64,000 nt of DNA from the NCBI RefSeq assembly GCF_001194135.2, contig NC_068989.1, positions 35,588,030-35,652,029 of the forward strand. Direction: 5' to 3'. Below are positions 58,101 to 64,000 of the stretch, one piece after another; position 1 is the stretch's first letter; every line of letters starts with the position of its first letter. The position numbers and the translations under genes were made by a program. The stretch comes from Octopus bimaculoides. Taxonomy: Eukaryota. Below the pieces are notes generated by a model, which saw only the letters and a program-made list of their open reading frames with translations, did not search any database and was not told the origin of the DNA.

Positions 58101-59878
58101 AAACCGGGAAACCTGGCTAGGCTTTAAAAGGGCACATAAATAAAAAAACTACCATAGTTGAATGATAAAATCATAATTAACTGATCCTTCTGTATTTTCT
58201 TTTATCCAAAGACAGGAACTTTTCAGTACCCCCTCATATAAGTGCAGGAATATGTGTATGTGATTGATTGGTTGGTTACACACATACCTACAAACATATG
58301 TATGTGCATACATACATACATACATACATACATACATACATACATTCACATATATACGTACACACACACAAATACATACATACATATGTTATGCTATTTC
58401 CATTCACTTAAAAAGCATCGGATGATCAGAATTCTTCAAACTGCATCCTTCTTTCCAGGTGAAACCCATCCCAGCCAAATCTTCCCACACATTCTTTGTC
58501 CATGTCATCTTTGGCCTGCCTCTCTTTTTCTTTCCTTCTTCAACTGACCCCTCAATGGCTGCAAATTCACAGAACTTACTTTCAAGTCTACTGTTTATAT
58601 GATGGGGTGTTAAAAAGTTCCTGGCTTTAAGGGTATTGCAAAAGGTCCAACCTTCCGAGTTCTTTTACAGGGCTTAGAAAAACTGAAGGACTGCTGCAAT
58701 CAGTGTAGGAATCTGAGAGGGGAATATGTTGAATAAAATCATAATTAACTGATCCTCCTGTATTTTCTTTTACTCAAAGCCAGGAACTTTTCAGCACCCC
58801 TTTGTATGATTTACACATCCACCAATCTGATTAGCTAAATCATGTCCATGTAAGCATTAAAGCCTTTTATGGTAATATATAGTAAAGTCATGATTCTAAA
58901 CTGGGAAACTTGAGTGAGATGGTTTGAAACCCAGCAGATGCCTTATTACAGATGAAAGACAAAAATATATCACATCTGGTATCATACAGAGATGGTAACA
59001 TTTCGATTGCAGTATAGCTGTGAAAATAACAGAAAAATTGGGTATTATTACAAACAAAACAAAAGTTTGTTTACATATGTTATTGTTGCATTCTGAAAAA
59101 GCTATGTATTTAGCTTAATTTGATGGAGATTGTTGTCAATGGGCAGCTTAGCTTAATGGTAGAGTATGCAGTTGGTATTTGAGAGGTGCAGGTTTGAGTC
59201 TTGCGGTTGTCTGTTGACAATTTTTTTCTGTCTTATAAGGATAATAATACCAGATGTTTTTGATATTTTCATGGCTATACAGCATTTGAAATATTACACT
59301 TCTAAAAACAAAATATCTAAGTTGGGCTTGACCCAAGAATTTAGAAAGATCAAAATAAATAAAAAGCGAATTCTGCAAGTCCTAGTGCAATCAGCACCTA
59401 TCTTGGAGAACCTAATCCCTAATTAAAACTGTTGATGTATAATAGAGGAAGCTTTAGTCTTGCTGCAGACACACTCTGCTACTGGTAGCATGATAAAACC
59501 TATTGGGTCGACAATGCAGAGTAGTTGGTCATAGGAATAGCATCCAACAGTAAAATACATGCCAAAAATACAAGACATACAAAAATTATTTCTGTTGCCA
59601 TGTGTATAGGATCAAGAAAAAACTGCAGTAAGTGTCAAGGTGCTATGAAACTTGTCCAATACAATACAATAGTAACTGTAACAAATGATATACCCTCAAC
59701 ATGAGAATACAATAATAATTATTTATATCAAAAGATGTACAAAAATTAACCTTTTAGCTTGAATATAGTGCCAAACATTTGGTTGAACAAATAATGGGTT
59801 TTTAACAGTAGTTATGCCAGATCCCACATCATATTTCATTACAACATGGTTATTGACCAATTCCAAAGCAAGAAAATC
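592..59878 (-). CDS. LanA: Laminin subunit alpha (alpha3/5, LanA-like), 3' part: 18 exons encoding LG1 (partial) to LG5; the 5' part lies beyond the window
   Basis: Manual exon chaining: all 17 introns are GT-AG and phases match; the 2649 nt give 882 aa plus stop. LamG motifs recur (DFLALEL..G, NDG.WH, YVGG, F.GCI). The CALP..P/RFG entry to LG4 and the [29 protein letters not shown]5 match LanA/LAMA3/5 as I recall them. Paralog assignment needs a phylogeny. Confidence 0.93.
1050..1270 (-). mobile_element. RTE 3'-tail fragment (similar copies about 19350-19580 minus, 37380-37560 plus)
   Basis: tttctacagctggatgcccttcctaatgcc motif shared with the RTE 3' UTR. Confidence 0.75.
2474..2596 (-). 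CDS. LanA: Laminin alpha exon E17, LG5
   Basis: ctgtag|[15 protein letters not shown]...[14 protein letters not shown]-a|gtaaga, phase 1/1. Confidence 0.93.
5108..5207 (-). CDS. LanA: Laminin alpha exon E16, LG5
   Basis: ttttcag|[33 protein letters not shown]-a|gtaagt, phase 0/1. Confidence 0.93.
6130..6463. mobile_element. hAT-type MITE relic
   Basis: cagggttggattta ... ttaatccagtgttg termini, degenerate. Confidence 0.5.
6690..6990. repeat. Degenerate minisatellite, about 28-30 bp unit (gatattatataccaatata..catta); the same unit at about 5405-5530
   Basis: gatattatatacca recurs at regular spacing in both blocks. Confidence 0.75.
7138..7265 (-). CDS. LanA: Laminin alpha exon E15, LG5
   Basis: ttgcag|[44 protein letters not shown]|gtatgt, phase 1/0. 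Confidence 0.94.
8180..8496 (+). mobile_element. Non-autonomous Helitron 3' end
   Basis: cgggcaatgccaggtatctctgCTAG|T terminal motif at 8470-8496; left boundary uncertain. Confidence 0.6.
9440..9730 (+). mobile_element. Expander/Rex3-like RTE LINE 3' end with (GATGG)-like tail
   Basis: [50 protein letters not shown]. Confidence 0.7.
10239..10398 (-). CDS. LanA: Laminin alpha exon E14, LG4/LG5 junction
   Basis: ttgcag|[16 protein letters not shown]...[23 protein letters not shown]-t|gtaagt, phase 0/1. Confidence 0.94.
11810..12320 (+). mobile_element. SINE with family-B head and RTE-derived tail; related tails about 22075-22390(+), 37130-37370(+), 38590-38820(-), 39780-40000(-), 50110-50300(-)
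   Basis: Head as family B; tail ggcaacaggaag.g.atcc.gcc.tagaa ... (gat)n. Confidence 0.7.
12539..12700 (-). CDS. LanA: Laminin alpha exon E13, LG4
   Basis: ttttag|[15 protein letters not shown]...[19 protein letters not shown]|gtaagt, phase 0/0. Confidence 0.93.
13452..13842 (+). mobile_element. tRNA/CORE-type SINE family B (Octopus OK/OR-like), well-preserved copy; others about 9809-10222(+), 29180-29617(-), 40205-40615(-), 33750-34020(-), 2310-2430(-), 7580-7870(+), 39540-39690(-), 40020-40160(-)
   Basis: tggctgtgtgg A box, gggttcagtcc B box, accttgggcaagtgtctt CORE-like segment, internal microsatellite, gtaaaaga tail. Confidence 0.85.
14618..14807 (-). CDS. LanA: Laminin alpha exon E12, LG4
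   Basis: tttcag|[21 protein letters not shown]...[21 protein letters not shown]...NDGFWHM|gtaatc, phase 2/0. Confidence 0.95.
14975..15310 (+). mobile_element. Dong/R4-clade (REL endonuclease) LINE 3' end with (TAA)n tail
   Basis: [22 protein letters not shown]...[17 protein letters not shown]. Confidence 0.75.
16370..17221 (+). mobile_element. Internally deleted mariner transposon with about 30-bp TIRs and TA ends
   Basis: tacaaggtatgtcagaaaagtaacaagact ... agtcttgtttcttttttgacacaccttgta; [18 protein letters not shown] and degenerate QPPDSP. Confidence 0.9.
17806..17944 (-). CDS. LanA: Laminin alpha exon E11, linker and start of LG4
   Basis: tttcag|[49 protein letters not shown]|gtaagt, phase 1/2. 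Confidence 0.91.
19864..21159 (+). mobile_element. Full-length degenerate IS630-Tc1-mariner element (rosa/DD41D-like)
   Basis: TIRs tacagggtcatcgaaaaggtttccatgattt / aaatcacggaaacctttttcgatgacccagta; [36 protein letters not shown]; frameshifts and stops. Confidence 0.9.
21953..22047 (-). CDS. LanA: Laminin alpha exon E10, end of LG3 and linker
   Basis: tttcag|[33 protein letters not shown]|gtaaat, phase 2/1. Confidence 0.9.
22503..22673 (-). CDS. LanA: Laminin alpha exon E9, LG3
   Basis: ttttag|[11 protein letters not shown]...DLYIGGVP...[13 protein letters not shown]-aa|gtaagt, phase 2/2. Confidence 0.94.
23178..23358. mobile_element. Short MITE related to the 56080 foldback family
   Basis: attacaatgaaaaat..gcgcatgcatgtta / taacatgcatgcgc..atttttcattgtaat; shares aatatt..taag.tta..acctggaaaag. 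Confidence 0.7.
26014..26156 (-). CDS. LanA: Laminin alpha exon E8, LG3
   Basis: atgcag|[12 protein letters not shown]...[17 protein letters not shown]-ca|gtaaga, phase 0/2. Confidence 0.92.
26866..27094. mobile_element. piggyBac-type MITE (related copy 49328-49546)
   Basis: ttaaccatttagcatt ... aatgctaaagagctaa termini; internal similarity between the two copies. Confidence 0.65.
27352..27507 (-). CDS. LanA: Laminin alpha exon E7, start of LG3
   Basis: ttttag|[16 protein letters not shown]...[14 protein letters not shown]|gtaagt, phase 0/0. Confidence 0.9.
27920..28155. repeat. (TA)/(TG) microsatellite block; similar tracts at 1-110, 8920-8970 (CT), 9116-9180 (AGT/AGG), 11040-11090, 11585-11810, 15500-15555 (GAT/GAC), 29040-29110, 30250-30345, 36100-36245, 52035-52135 (AAT), 58265-58385
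   Basis: Directly visible. Confidence 0.95.
28199..28243 (+). ncRNA. Minimal type I hammerhead ribozyme (Penelope/retrozyme-type), canonical core
   Basis: cgtacg-CTGAAGA-aggg(aaataa)ccct-GAAA-c(tcga)g-TA-cgtacg; stems I, II and III all form; predicted GUA cut after 28237. Confidence 0.85.
28562..28783. repeat. Near-perfect palindrome/fold-back: 105-bp arms, 12-nt loop
   Basis: 28562-28666 versus the reverse complement of 28679-28783: 2 mismatches. Confidence 0.95.
29657..29975 (+). mobile_element. tRNA/CORE-type SINE family D; others about 6465-6688(-), 36805-37127(-), 42450-42592(-), 48742-48930(+)
   Basis: catggcttagtagttagggt A box, ttgagcaagacactttattt.acattg..ccagt core. Confidence 0.78.
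31520..31637 (-). CDS. LanA: Laminin alpha exon E6, end of LG2
   Basis: tttacag|[40 protein letters not shown]|gtaagt, phase 2/0. Confidence 0.93.
31995..32400 (-). mobile_element. RTE LINE 3' fragment
   Basis: Aligns by eye to the ORF end and 3' UTR of the 45130-47460 copy. Confidence 0.78.
32714..33736 (+). mobile_element. Degenerate mariner transposon
   Basis: TIR-like gctgaaaagttcatatgctgac / gtcagccaataaacttttcagc; [30 protein letters not shown]. Confidence 0.85.
34052..35115 (-). mobile_element. Degenerate Hsmar/SETMAR-like mariner (DD34D)
   Basis: [20 protein letters not shown]...QDNTRPH...[16 protein letters not shown]. Confidence 0.9.
35100..35480. mobile_element. Penelope-type terminal remnant carrying a hammerhead and a 25-bp inverted repeat
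   Basis: 35201-35225 and 35447-35471 are exact reverse complements; abuts the 5' end of the mariner relic. Confidence 0.55.
35157..35225 (-). ncRNA. Minimal type I hammerhead ribozyme, U3-A8 core variant
   Basis: Minus strand: ctgggttcgactac-tccaca-TTGATAA-aggg(caaata)ccct-GAAA-c(ta)g-TC-tgtgga-tgtctgaaccag; predicted GUC cut between 35175 and 35174. Confidence 0.7.
38850..39380 (+). mobile_element. RTE LINE 3' fragment (older copy)
   Basis: Degenerate [25 protein letters not shown] followed by the gtggttggcattaggaagggcatccagc tail. Confidence 0.8.
40950..41400. repeat. Compound microsatellite (GA)n/(TAGG)n/(TAGA)n/(CTAG)n
   Basis: Directly visible. Confidence 0.95.
41575..41790. repeat. 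Degenerate (GAT/GGT)n trinucleotide tract; a complementary (CAT)n tract at 42590-42845
   Basis: Directly visible; source of the spurious His/Ile/Met-rich ORFs. Confidence 0.9.
43438..43548. repeat. Hairpin: 41-bp arms (1 mismatch), 29-nt loop
   Basis: atttggctgctatttctagcatgccctgctaccatgtaaca versus tgttacatggtagcagggcatgcaagaaatagcagccaaat. Confidence 0.93.
44267..44351 (-). CDS. LanA: Laminin alpha exon E5, LG2
   Basis: ttttcag|[31 protein letters not shown]|gtaagg, phase 1/2. Confidence 0.92.
44376..44595. mobile_element. TTAA-type MITE, second family (related copy about 22824-23075)
   Basis: Shared aaaattaattgaaa.aaaggcagtg.attt core; ends in gttaa. Confidence 0.6.
45130..47460 (-). 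mobile_element. RTE-clade LINE, 5'-truncated, RT ORF spanning an 891-N gap, with 3' UTR and (GAT)n tail
   Basis: [65 protein letters not shown] motifs; no stop in the sequenced parts. Confidence 0.93.
45915..46805. other. Assembly gap (891 N); other gaps 11686-11788, 25237-25276, 28460-28474, 37616-37700, 40702-40759, 44706-45105, 48059-48400
   Basis: N runs, mostly next to microsatellites or inside a repeat, typical of a short-read scaffold. Confidence 0.99.
48980..49198. mobile_element. pogo/Tigger-type MITE
   Basis: TIRs cagtaatccct / agagattactg followed by TA; internal gcgataggtgaa-type repeats (gtgataggtgaa x2). Confidence 0.75.
49654..49985 (-). CDS. LanA: Laminin alpha exon E4, LG2
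   Basis: ctgcag|[20 protein letters not shown]...[11 protein letters not shown]...[27 protein letters not shown]-c|gtaagt, phase 2/1. Confidence 0.96.
50668..50880 (+). mobile_element. tRNA-SINE family A (Meta/Sauria-like core); others about 2028-2200(-), 4290-4500(-), 15310-15925(- x3), 24935-25150(-), 51300-51500(+), 51830-52035(-), 52135-52345(-), 55270-55480(+)
   Basis: ggtggtgagctggca A box, gggttcaaattc B box, ttgactttaccctttatccttttggggtcaataaattaagtaccag core; superfamily label tentative. Confidence 0.82.
50886..51190 (+). mobile_element. Helentron-associated (HINE/DINE-1-like) element
   Basis: 5' hairpin ctctgcctt-aagg-aaggcagag, gtttgtttgtctgt core, ggatttggatgaaactt. Confidence 0.6.
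52472..52596 (-). CDS. LanA: Laminin alpha exon E3, end of LG1
   Basis: ttacag|[41 protein letters not shown]-ag|gtattt, phase 0/2. Confidence 0.93.
52690..53893 (-). mobile_element. Penelope-like element relic (RT C-terminus, GIY-YIG endonuclease, 3' terminal region)
   Basis: [54 protein letters not shown]...[16 protein letters not shown]; several stops. Confidence 0.9.
53913..54250 (+). mobile_element. Inverted copy of the Penelope RT segment
   Basis: [37 protein letters not shown]...; roughly 88-90% identical by eye to the reverse complement of 53556-53893. Confidence 0.92.
54255..54900 (+). mobile_element. Second, distinct Penelope-like fragment
   Basis: [18 protein letters not shown] / KIFNRHTL (frameshifted) resembles the PLE KT.IGK.F..L+DKHFP..KIFNR motif; right boundary uncertain. 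Confidence 0.55.
55490..55640 (-). CDS. LanA: Laminin alpha exon E2, LG1
   Basis: ttgcag|[12 protein letters not shown]...[18 protein letters not shown]|gtaaat, phase 2/0. Confidence 0.93.
56080..56981. mobile_element. Foldback/MITE-like element with about 155-bp TIRs
   Basis: 56080-56234 versus the reverse complement of 56825-56981; possible 5-bp TSD atgtt. Confidence 0.8.
57837..58147 (+). mobile_element. tRNA-derived SINE with a V-domain-like core and 13-bp TSD
   Basis: A box tggcccagtgg, B box gtttcgattcc, gcgatggactggcatcctgtccag, A-rich tail; TSD actaccatagttg at 57824-57836 and 58148-58160. Confidence 0.85.
58598..58806. mobile_element. Mariner-derived MITE, intact copy
   Basis: TIRs tatgatggggtgttaaaaagttcctggcttt / aaagccaggaacttttcagcacccctttgta. 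Confidence 0.85.
59751..59878 (-). CDS. LanA: Laminin alpha exon E1 (in window), LG1
   Basis: tttttcag|[42 protein letters not shown]-ag|gttaat, phase 0/2. Confidence 0.92.
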
Positions 59879-60059
59879 CTGAAAAAAAAAAAGAAAAGAA
59901 TTTCAGGAAAACATAGTTCATAGATAATTAGACCATATACGATTAGCCCATTTATAATTAGTCCATACATGATTAAGTCATACAAAATTAGTCAATATAT
60001 CAACTGTGTTGAAAATGTTCCAGTTGTTCAATCCCTGCTTTCAGCTTTAATAAATTACA

Positions 60060-60222
60060 GAAACAAGAGTGCTTCCAATTTTTGACTCACCCTAGTATAT
60101 TGTACAGGGCGTCCCAGAAAGATTTACCCATTGATATTTCTTAATTATTCATAATAAACTCAAGGTAGGATAATGAAATTTGGTACACGCATTCTAATGT
60201 AAATTGTCAATCCATTGCAGTA
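60060..60222. mobile_element. Adjacent Tc1/mariner-type TIR ends (ttttgactcaccctagta and tacagggcgtcccagaaag)
   Basis: TA-bounded CAGGG-type termini without internal ORFs. Confidence 0.45.
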
Positions 60223-60224
60223 AT

Positions 60225-61510
60225 TATTAGGTCAACCTATAAATAATGCAGTTTTTTATACTTCTTTTATTTTTCAAAATTAAGATAAACTTCTTTTTTA
60301 ATCTAAAATATACTCTCCTTCATTTTCTACAATGCTCTTCCATCTATATGGTAGACTTGCAAGGCCCCTCTTCCAAAATTCACTTGTCTGTGATGAAAAA
60401 TACTCCTCCAGTACTGTTCTGACCTCATCTACAGAATTTGTATTTTTTCTGTCCAAATGATTTTGAAGACTGTGGAATAAATGATAATCAGCTGGGGCAA
60501 TATCCAGTGAATATGGTGGGTGGAGCATCTTTTCCTATCCAAACTGCTCCCACCTTTGGAATGTCATCCTTGCTGTATGTGGCCAAACATTATCTTGATG
60601 GAAGAACACCTTTCATCTTGAAACCAAAGATGGTCATTTTTCTTCTAGTGCTGACTTAAGCCACTCAAGCTGCTCGCAGTAGATCTCCTTTGTTATTGTT
60701 TGGTTTGAGTTTAAAATTCAAAGTGGACTAAACTTTTCATATCCCACTAAACAGATAACAACACCTTATGTGGGTGAAGACCTTCTTTAGCCTAGGGTGC
60801 CGGTGTTTCTCCTTTCCCTACCCACTGTCTTTGGCATTTGACATTTTTATAGAGAACCTATTTCTCATCACCAGTCACTATTTAGTCCAAAAAAAGGTTC
60901 ATTTGTGAGACTTGACAGCAAAGAAGAGCACACATTCACTCTCTGTGCACGATTAGACTCAGAAAGTTTGTGAGGAACCAAATGTCCCAATTTCCTATTT
61001 TCCAATAGCACACGGGTGTTGATGAATGGTTGAATGACCAAGTCCAAGCTTCTCTGTTAATTCCTCAACAATTACAATGAGATTTTGTTCCACAAGGGTT
61101 TGCAGGATGTCCTTGTTGAGCTCTACAGATCTTCCAGGATGAGGCTCATCTTCTAGGCTGTAATTTCCAGCTTGGAATTTCTGGAACCATTGTTGATACT
61201 AGCTTATGCTTATTGTCTGATCCCCATATACTGCATTAATATTCATTGCACGTTCTGTTGTGTTGTTGCCTTTATTGAACTCATAAAGCAAAATATGCCA
61301 AATATGCTCCTTTGTTACTTCCATTACAGCTTTGAAAAAATAACTGCTAAAATCGAACTGCACTCTTCAAAACTTGCACTAAGAATAAGTACAAAGTAAA
61401 ATTACTACCTGTTTTTATAGCAAGTTGATGCAGGTAGTTTATCCTGTCCTCTTCTGACATTTAGTTCATGCAATTGAAAAAAACTGCATTATTTATGGAA
61501 TGATCCAATA
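60225..61510 (-). mobile_element. Full-length degenerate mariner (DD34D) with TIRs
   Basis: TIRs tattaggtcaacctataaataatgcagttttt / aaaaactgcattatttatggaatgatccaata; WFQKFQAGNYSLEDEP, HPPYSLDIAPADYHLF. Confidence 0.88.
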
Positions 61511-61514
61511 CATT

Positions 61515-61872
61515 TCCAAATGACCACCTTTCACCTTGATCATAGCCTGCAAATGAGTGGTCACTGAGTTACATAGGTTGTACTACCTCTTCATCCAACT
61601 TGATCCATGAAGACAGAAGGGCTTTCTTCAGATTAGACACATTTAAATAGGAGTGAGCAGAAACATTACTCTCTAAGATGGACCAGGCAGCAAAGTCCAT
61701 GGGACTGATGTCTCGACTTGAGGGAGGCCATATTGTCTTGTCCCCAAAACTGCTGAAATGCTCTTTGCACCAGCTCTGTATCAAATTAGATATGTGGGCC
61801 AGAGCCCCATCTTGAGTGAAGACATAATGGTCACCAAAGATTTCTGTAACCCAACATTTCCACATCAACTTC
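61515..61872 (-). mobile_element. maT (DD37D) transposase C-terminal fragment
   Basis: FTQDGALAH...WPPSSRDISPMDFAAWSILE; 37 residues between the two catalytic Asp. Confidence 0.85.
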
Positions 61873-61874
61873 AC

Positions 61875-64000
61875 TGTTGAGTATGATGCTGTGGGGATGA
61901 GATGAGCTGGAAGGAAAGGGCTGTGACATCAATGGTCAAGGGGCTTGACCGGAACAGGAAGGGTGAGAAAGGAAGTGAGGGAAGGAAGATCAGAATCATC
62001 TTCTTTTGCCTTGGGTACTCATGGCAAATGAACGAGAGGCAAGCAAGCTGATAGGGATGGGTACTAGCAGATGCTATTGTTAGGTGCGTGGGCTGGGCAT
62101 GAGTTTTAGATTGAGTACAACTGGACGGCAAAACAACAAGAAGGTAGGTGAATTGTTTCTTATTTCCCTGCATTACAATTCCCTCGTACAACAAGCTATT
62201 TCAGCAATCATGTATAAGTATATTTCTCCATTGTTGTTATCCCCTTCCATGTGATGGCAGCAAAGATAAGGATCAGCAGCAATGCTGTCAGACCTTTCTA
62301 TGGTGAAGGAGATGTAGTAGCTTGCATCCATAAGATCAAAGTAGCGGCCAGTCTACAAGACATCAATACTATAGCAGGTCTCATGGCCCTGTACCTGGAG
62401 GAAGTGCACTAGTGCTGTACCTTGATACAGACGAGAAAGACCAACTGAGCATGGCGAAGATCGAGCAGTGCTTGAGGAAAGCTTATATGAAGGGGATGTA
62501 TGTCGCATTTGCTTACCTGGGAACGGTCAGGTGGACAGGGGAACAGGTTGATGAGTATACTGCGGAAGTTTGGAGACTGGCCATACTGTCTGGCTTTACT
62601 GGAGAGGGTCTAAAGAAGGCAGTATGACTGGCCTTTGTAAATGGCTTTCCTGATGATATATCAGTGCGACTGCAACAACTGTCAGGCAATGACAAAATGG
62701 CAATGAGTGAGCTCATCGTTCAAGCCTGCATGTTGATACAGAACACTGGGCAGAAGGCAGTGGCGATGGCAGTTGCAAAAGCCTGCGACATGGTACAACT
62801 GGTAAAGAAAGGGGAGAAGACAACTGCTGTGGAGTGATAGTGACCATGCATGGGTCAGTGCTTTAAGTACCAGGGTCTGCACATGGTGAGGGACTGTACA
62901 GAGATGAAGCCTGGACCCGTCTGCTACCAGTGCAGGCTGACTGGGCATATCCCGCAAAAATATAGCCAGCGAAAAGGCCATGGAGAAGATGCTGCCCCTC
63001 AAACTTCCCCATGAGTGAGTAGAGGTGCTCGTGCAGTTGCTGCCCATAGTTGGGAGAAAGGCGTTCAAAGCCCTTGTAGATACGGGCTGTATGATGTCTC
63101 TCTTGACCTTGAGGCTGACAAAAAAATGGAAGGGAATGAGTAGTGTTTGGGTGGTTGATGGCAGCGAGATTGGATGTAAGGGTAGTAGTGAATTGGAGAT
63201 AGTGCTGCAAGGCACGACACTGAGGCTGTGGGTGATTGTGATTGACCATGTAGTAGACAGAACTGACTTGGTGATGGGGATGGATGCAATCAACTGCCTT
63301 GGAGGTGTCAGGATTGGTGGAGACATGGCTTTGTTTATAGGTGCAGGGACATCATGTGCTGTATGTCTGCAACATGAGAGGGAGCAGAGCTCTGCGAAGG
63401 ACTGTACAGCTTACACCATTGAGGACAAAGATTTTTTGGATGGTAAAGTGGCACTGGAAAGGGGAGCCCCTGATGCTGAAGAACAGGCTGAGCTGCTACA
63501 GCATACCTTGAAGGGATATGCCAGGAGTGAGTTTGAAGGAGAGGTAGAGAGGGTGATTAAGGAGGGTGTCCTTATCTCGTGGAGGGAGGAGATGGTGAGC
63601 AGAGTGCTATCACTAATGGCAGTGGTGCAGCCAACAAAGAGCAAAGTCAGGCTGGTACTGGACTTTCAGGAGATGAATAGCCATGTATTGTGCCACACAG
63701 GTGGCGAGTGACTGACAATTGTGGTGAGATGTTGCGCGAGTGGATACAGATGATGAGGGTAGCGATGATTGTCAACTTGAAGTCAGCATATTTGCAGCTC
63801 CTTATGAGCAAGAAGCTGTGGCAATATCAGCTTGTGCGATACAAGAACCAAACATATTGTTTGACCAGGCTGAGTTTTGGGCTAAATTCCATGCCAAAGA
63901 TCATGGCGACAGTGCTCAAGTCTATCCTGGGAAAGGTGGACAGGACAAGAAGGGCTGCCAATTCCTATATAGATGACATCTTGGTAGGCGAGACTGTAGT
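61875..64000 (+). mobile_element. Ty3/Gypsy-like LTR retrotransposon, 5' part (LTR about 61875-62193, gag, protease, RT), degenerate, runs off the window
   Basis: TGTTG...CAACA 319-bp LTR-like block; CHMVRDC / CYQCRLTGH knuckles; ALVDTGC; LVLDFQEMN, NLKSAYLQL, RLSFGLNS, YIDDILV; stops and frameshifts. Confidence 0.85.

Larger units (their letters stand above)
55935..58238. mobile_element. Second copy of the same MITE, split (55935-56080 and 58157-58238) by about 2 kb of nested insertions
   Basis: The two halves match the left and right parts of 58598-58806. Confidence 0.75.

Overview
AT-rich, microsatellite- and transposon-dense eukaryotic DNA with 8 N-gaps. The SINE/RTE/Penelope repertoire resembles an Octopus (coleoid cephalopod) assembly (inference). 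The only host gene is the 3' end of a laminin alpha chain on the minus strand. I reconstructed 18 GT-AG exons (59878 to 592) whose phases all match, giving 882 aa covering LG1 (partial) to LG5 and ending GSCPTI*; it is most like the alpha3/5 (Drosophila LanA) type. The introns hold Tc1/mariner-superfamily relics (DD34D, DD37D, probable DD41D), pogo-, piggyBac- and hAT-type MITEs, Helitron/Helentron pieces, RTE, Dong/R4 and Penelope retroelements, several tRNA-SINE families and the 5' part of a Gypsy-like LTR element. The most notable non-coding signals are two well-formed minimal type I hammerhead ribozymes. One has a canonical core and is antisense to laminin. The other is a U3-A8 covariant on the laminin sense strand, with a perfect 25-nt antisense copy of its 5' arm about 220 nt upstream. 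Several long near-perfect fold-backs (105 bp, 41 bp, about 338 bp) also lie in the introns. Repeat boundaries are approximate and nothing was database-searched.
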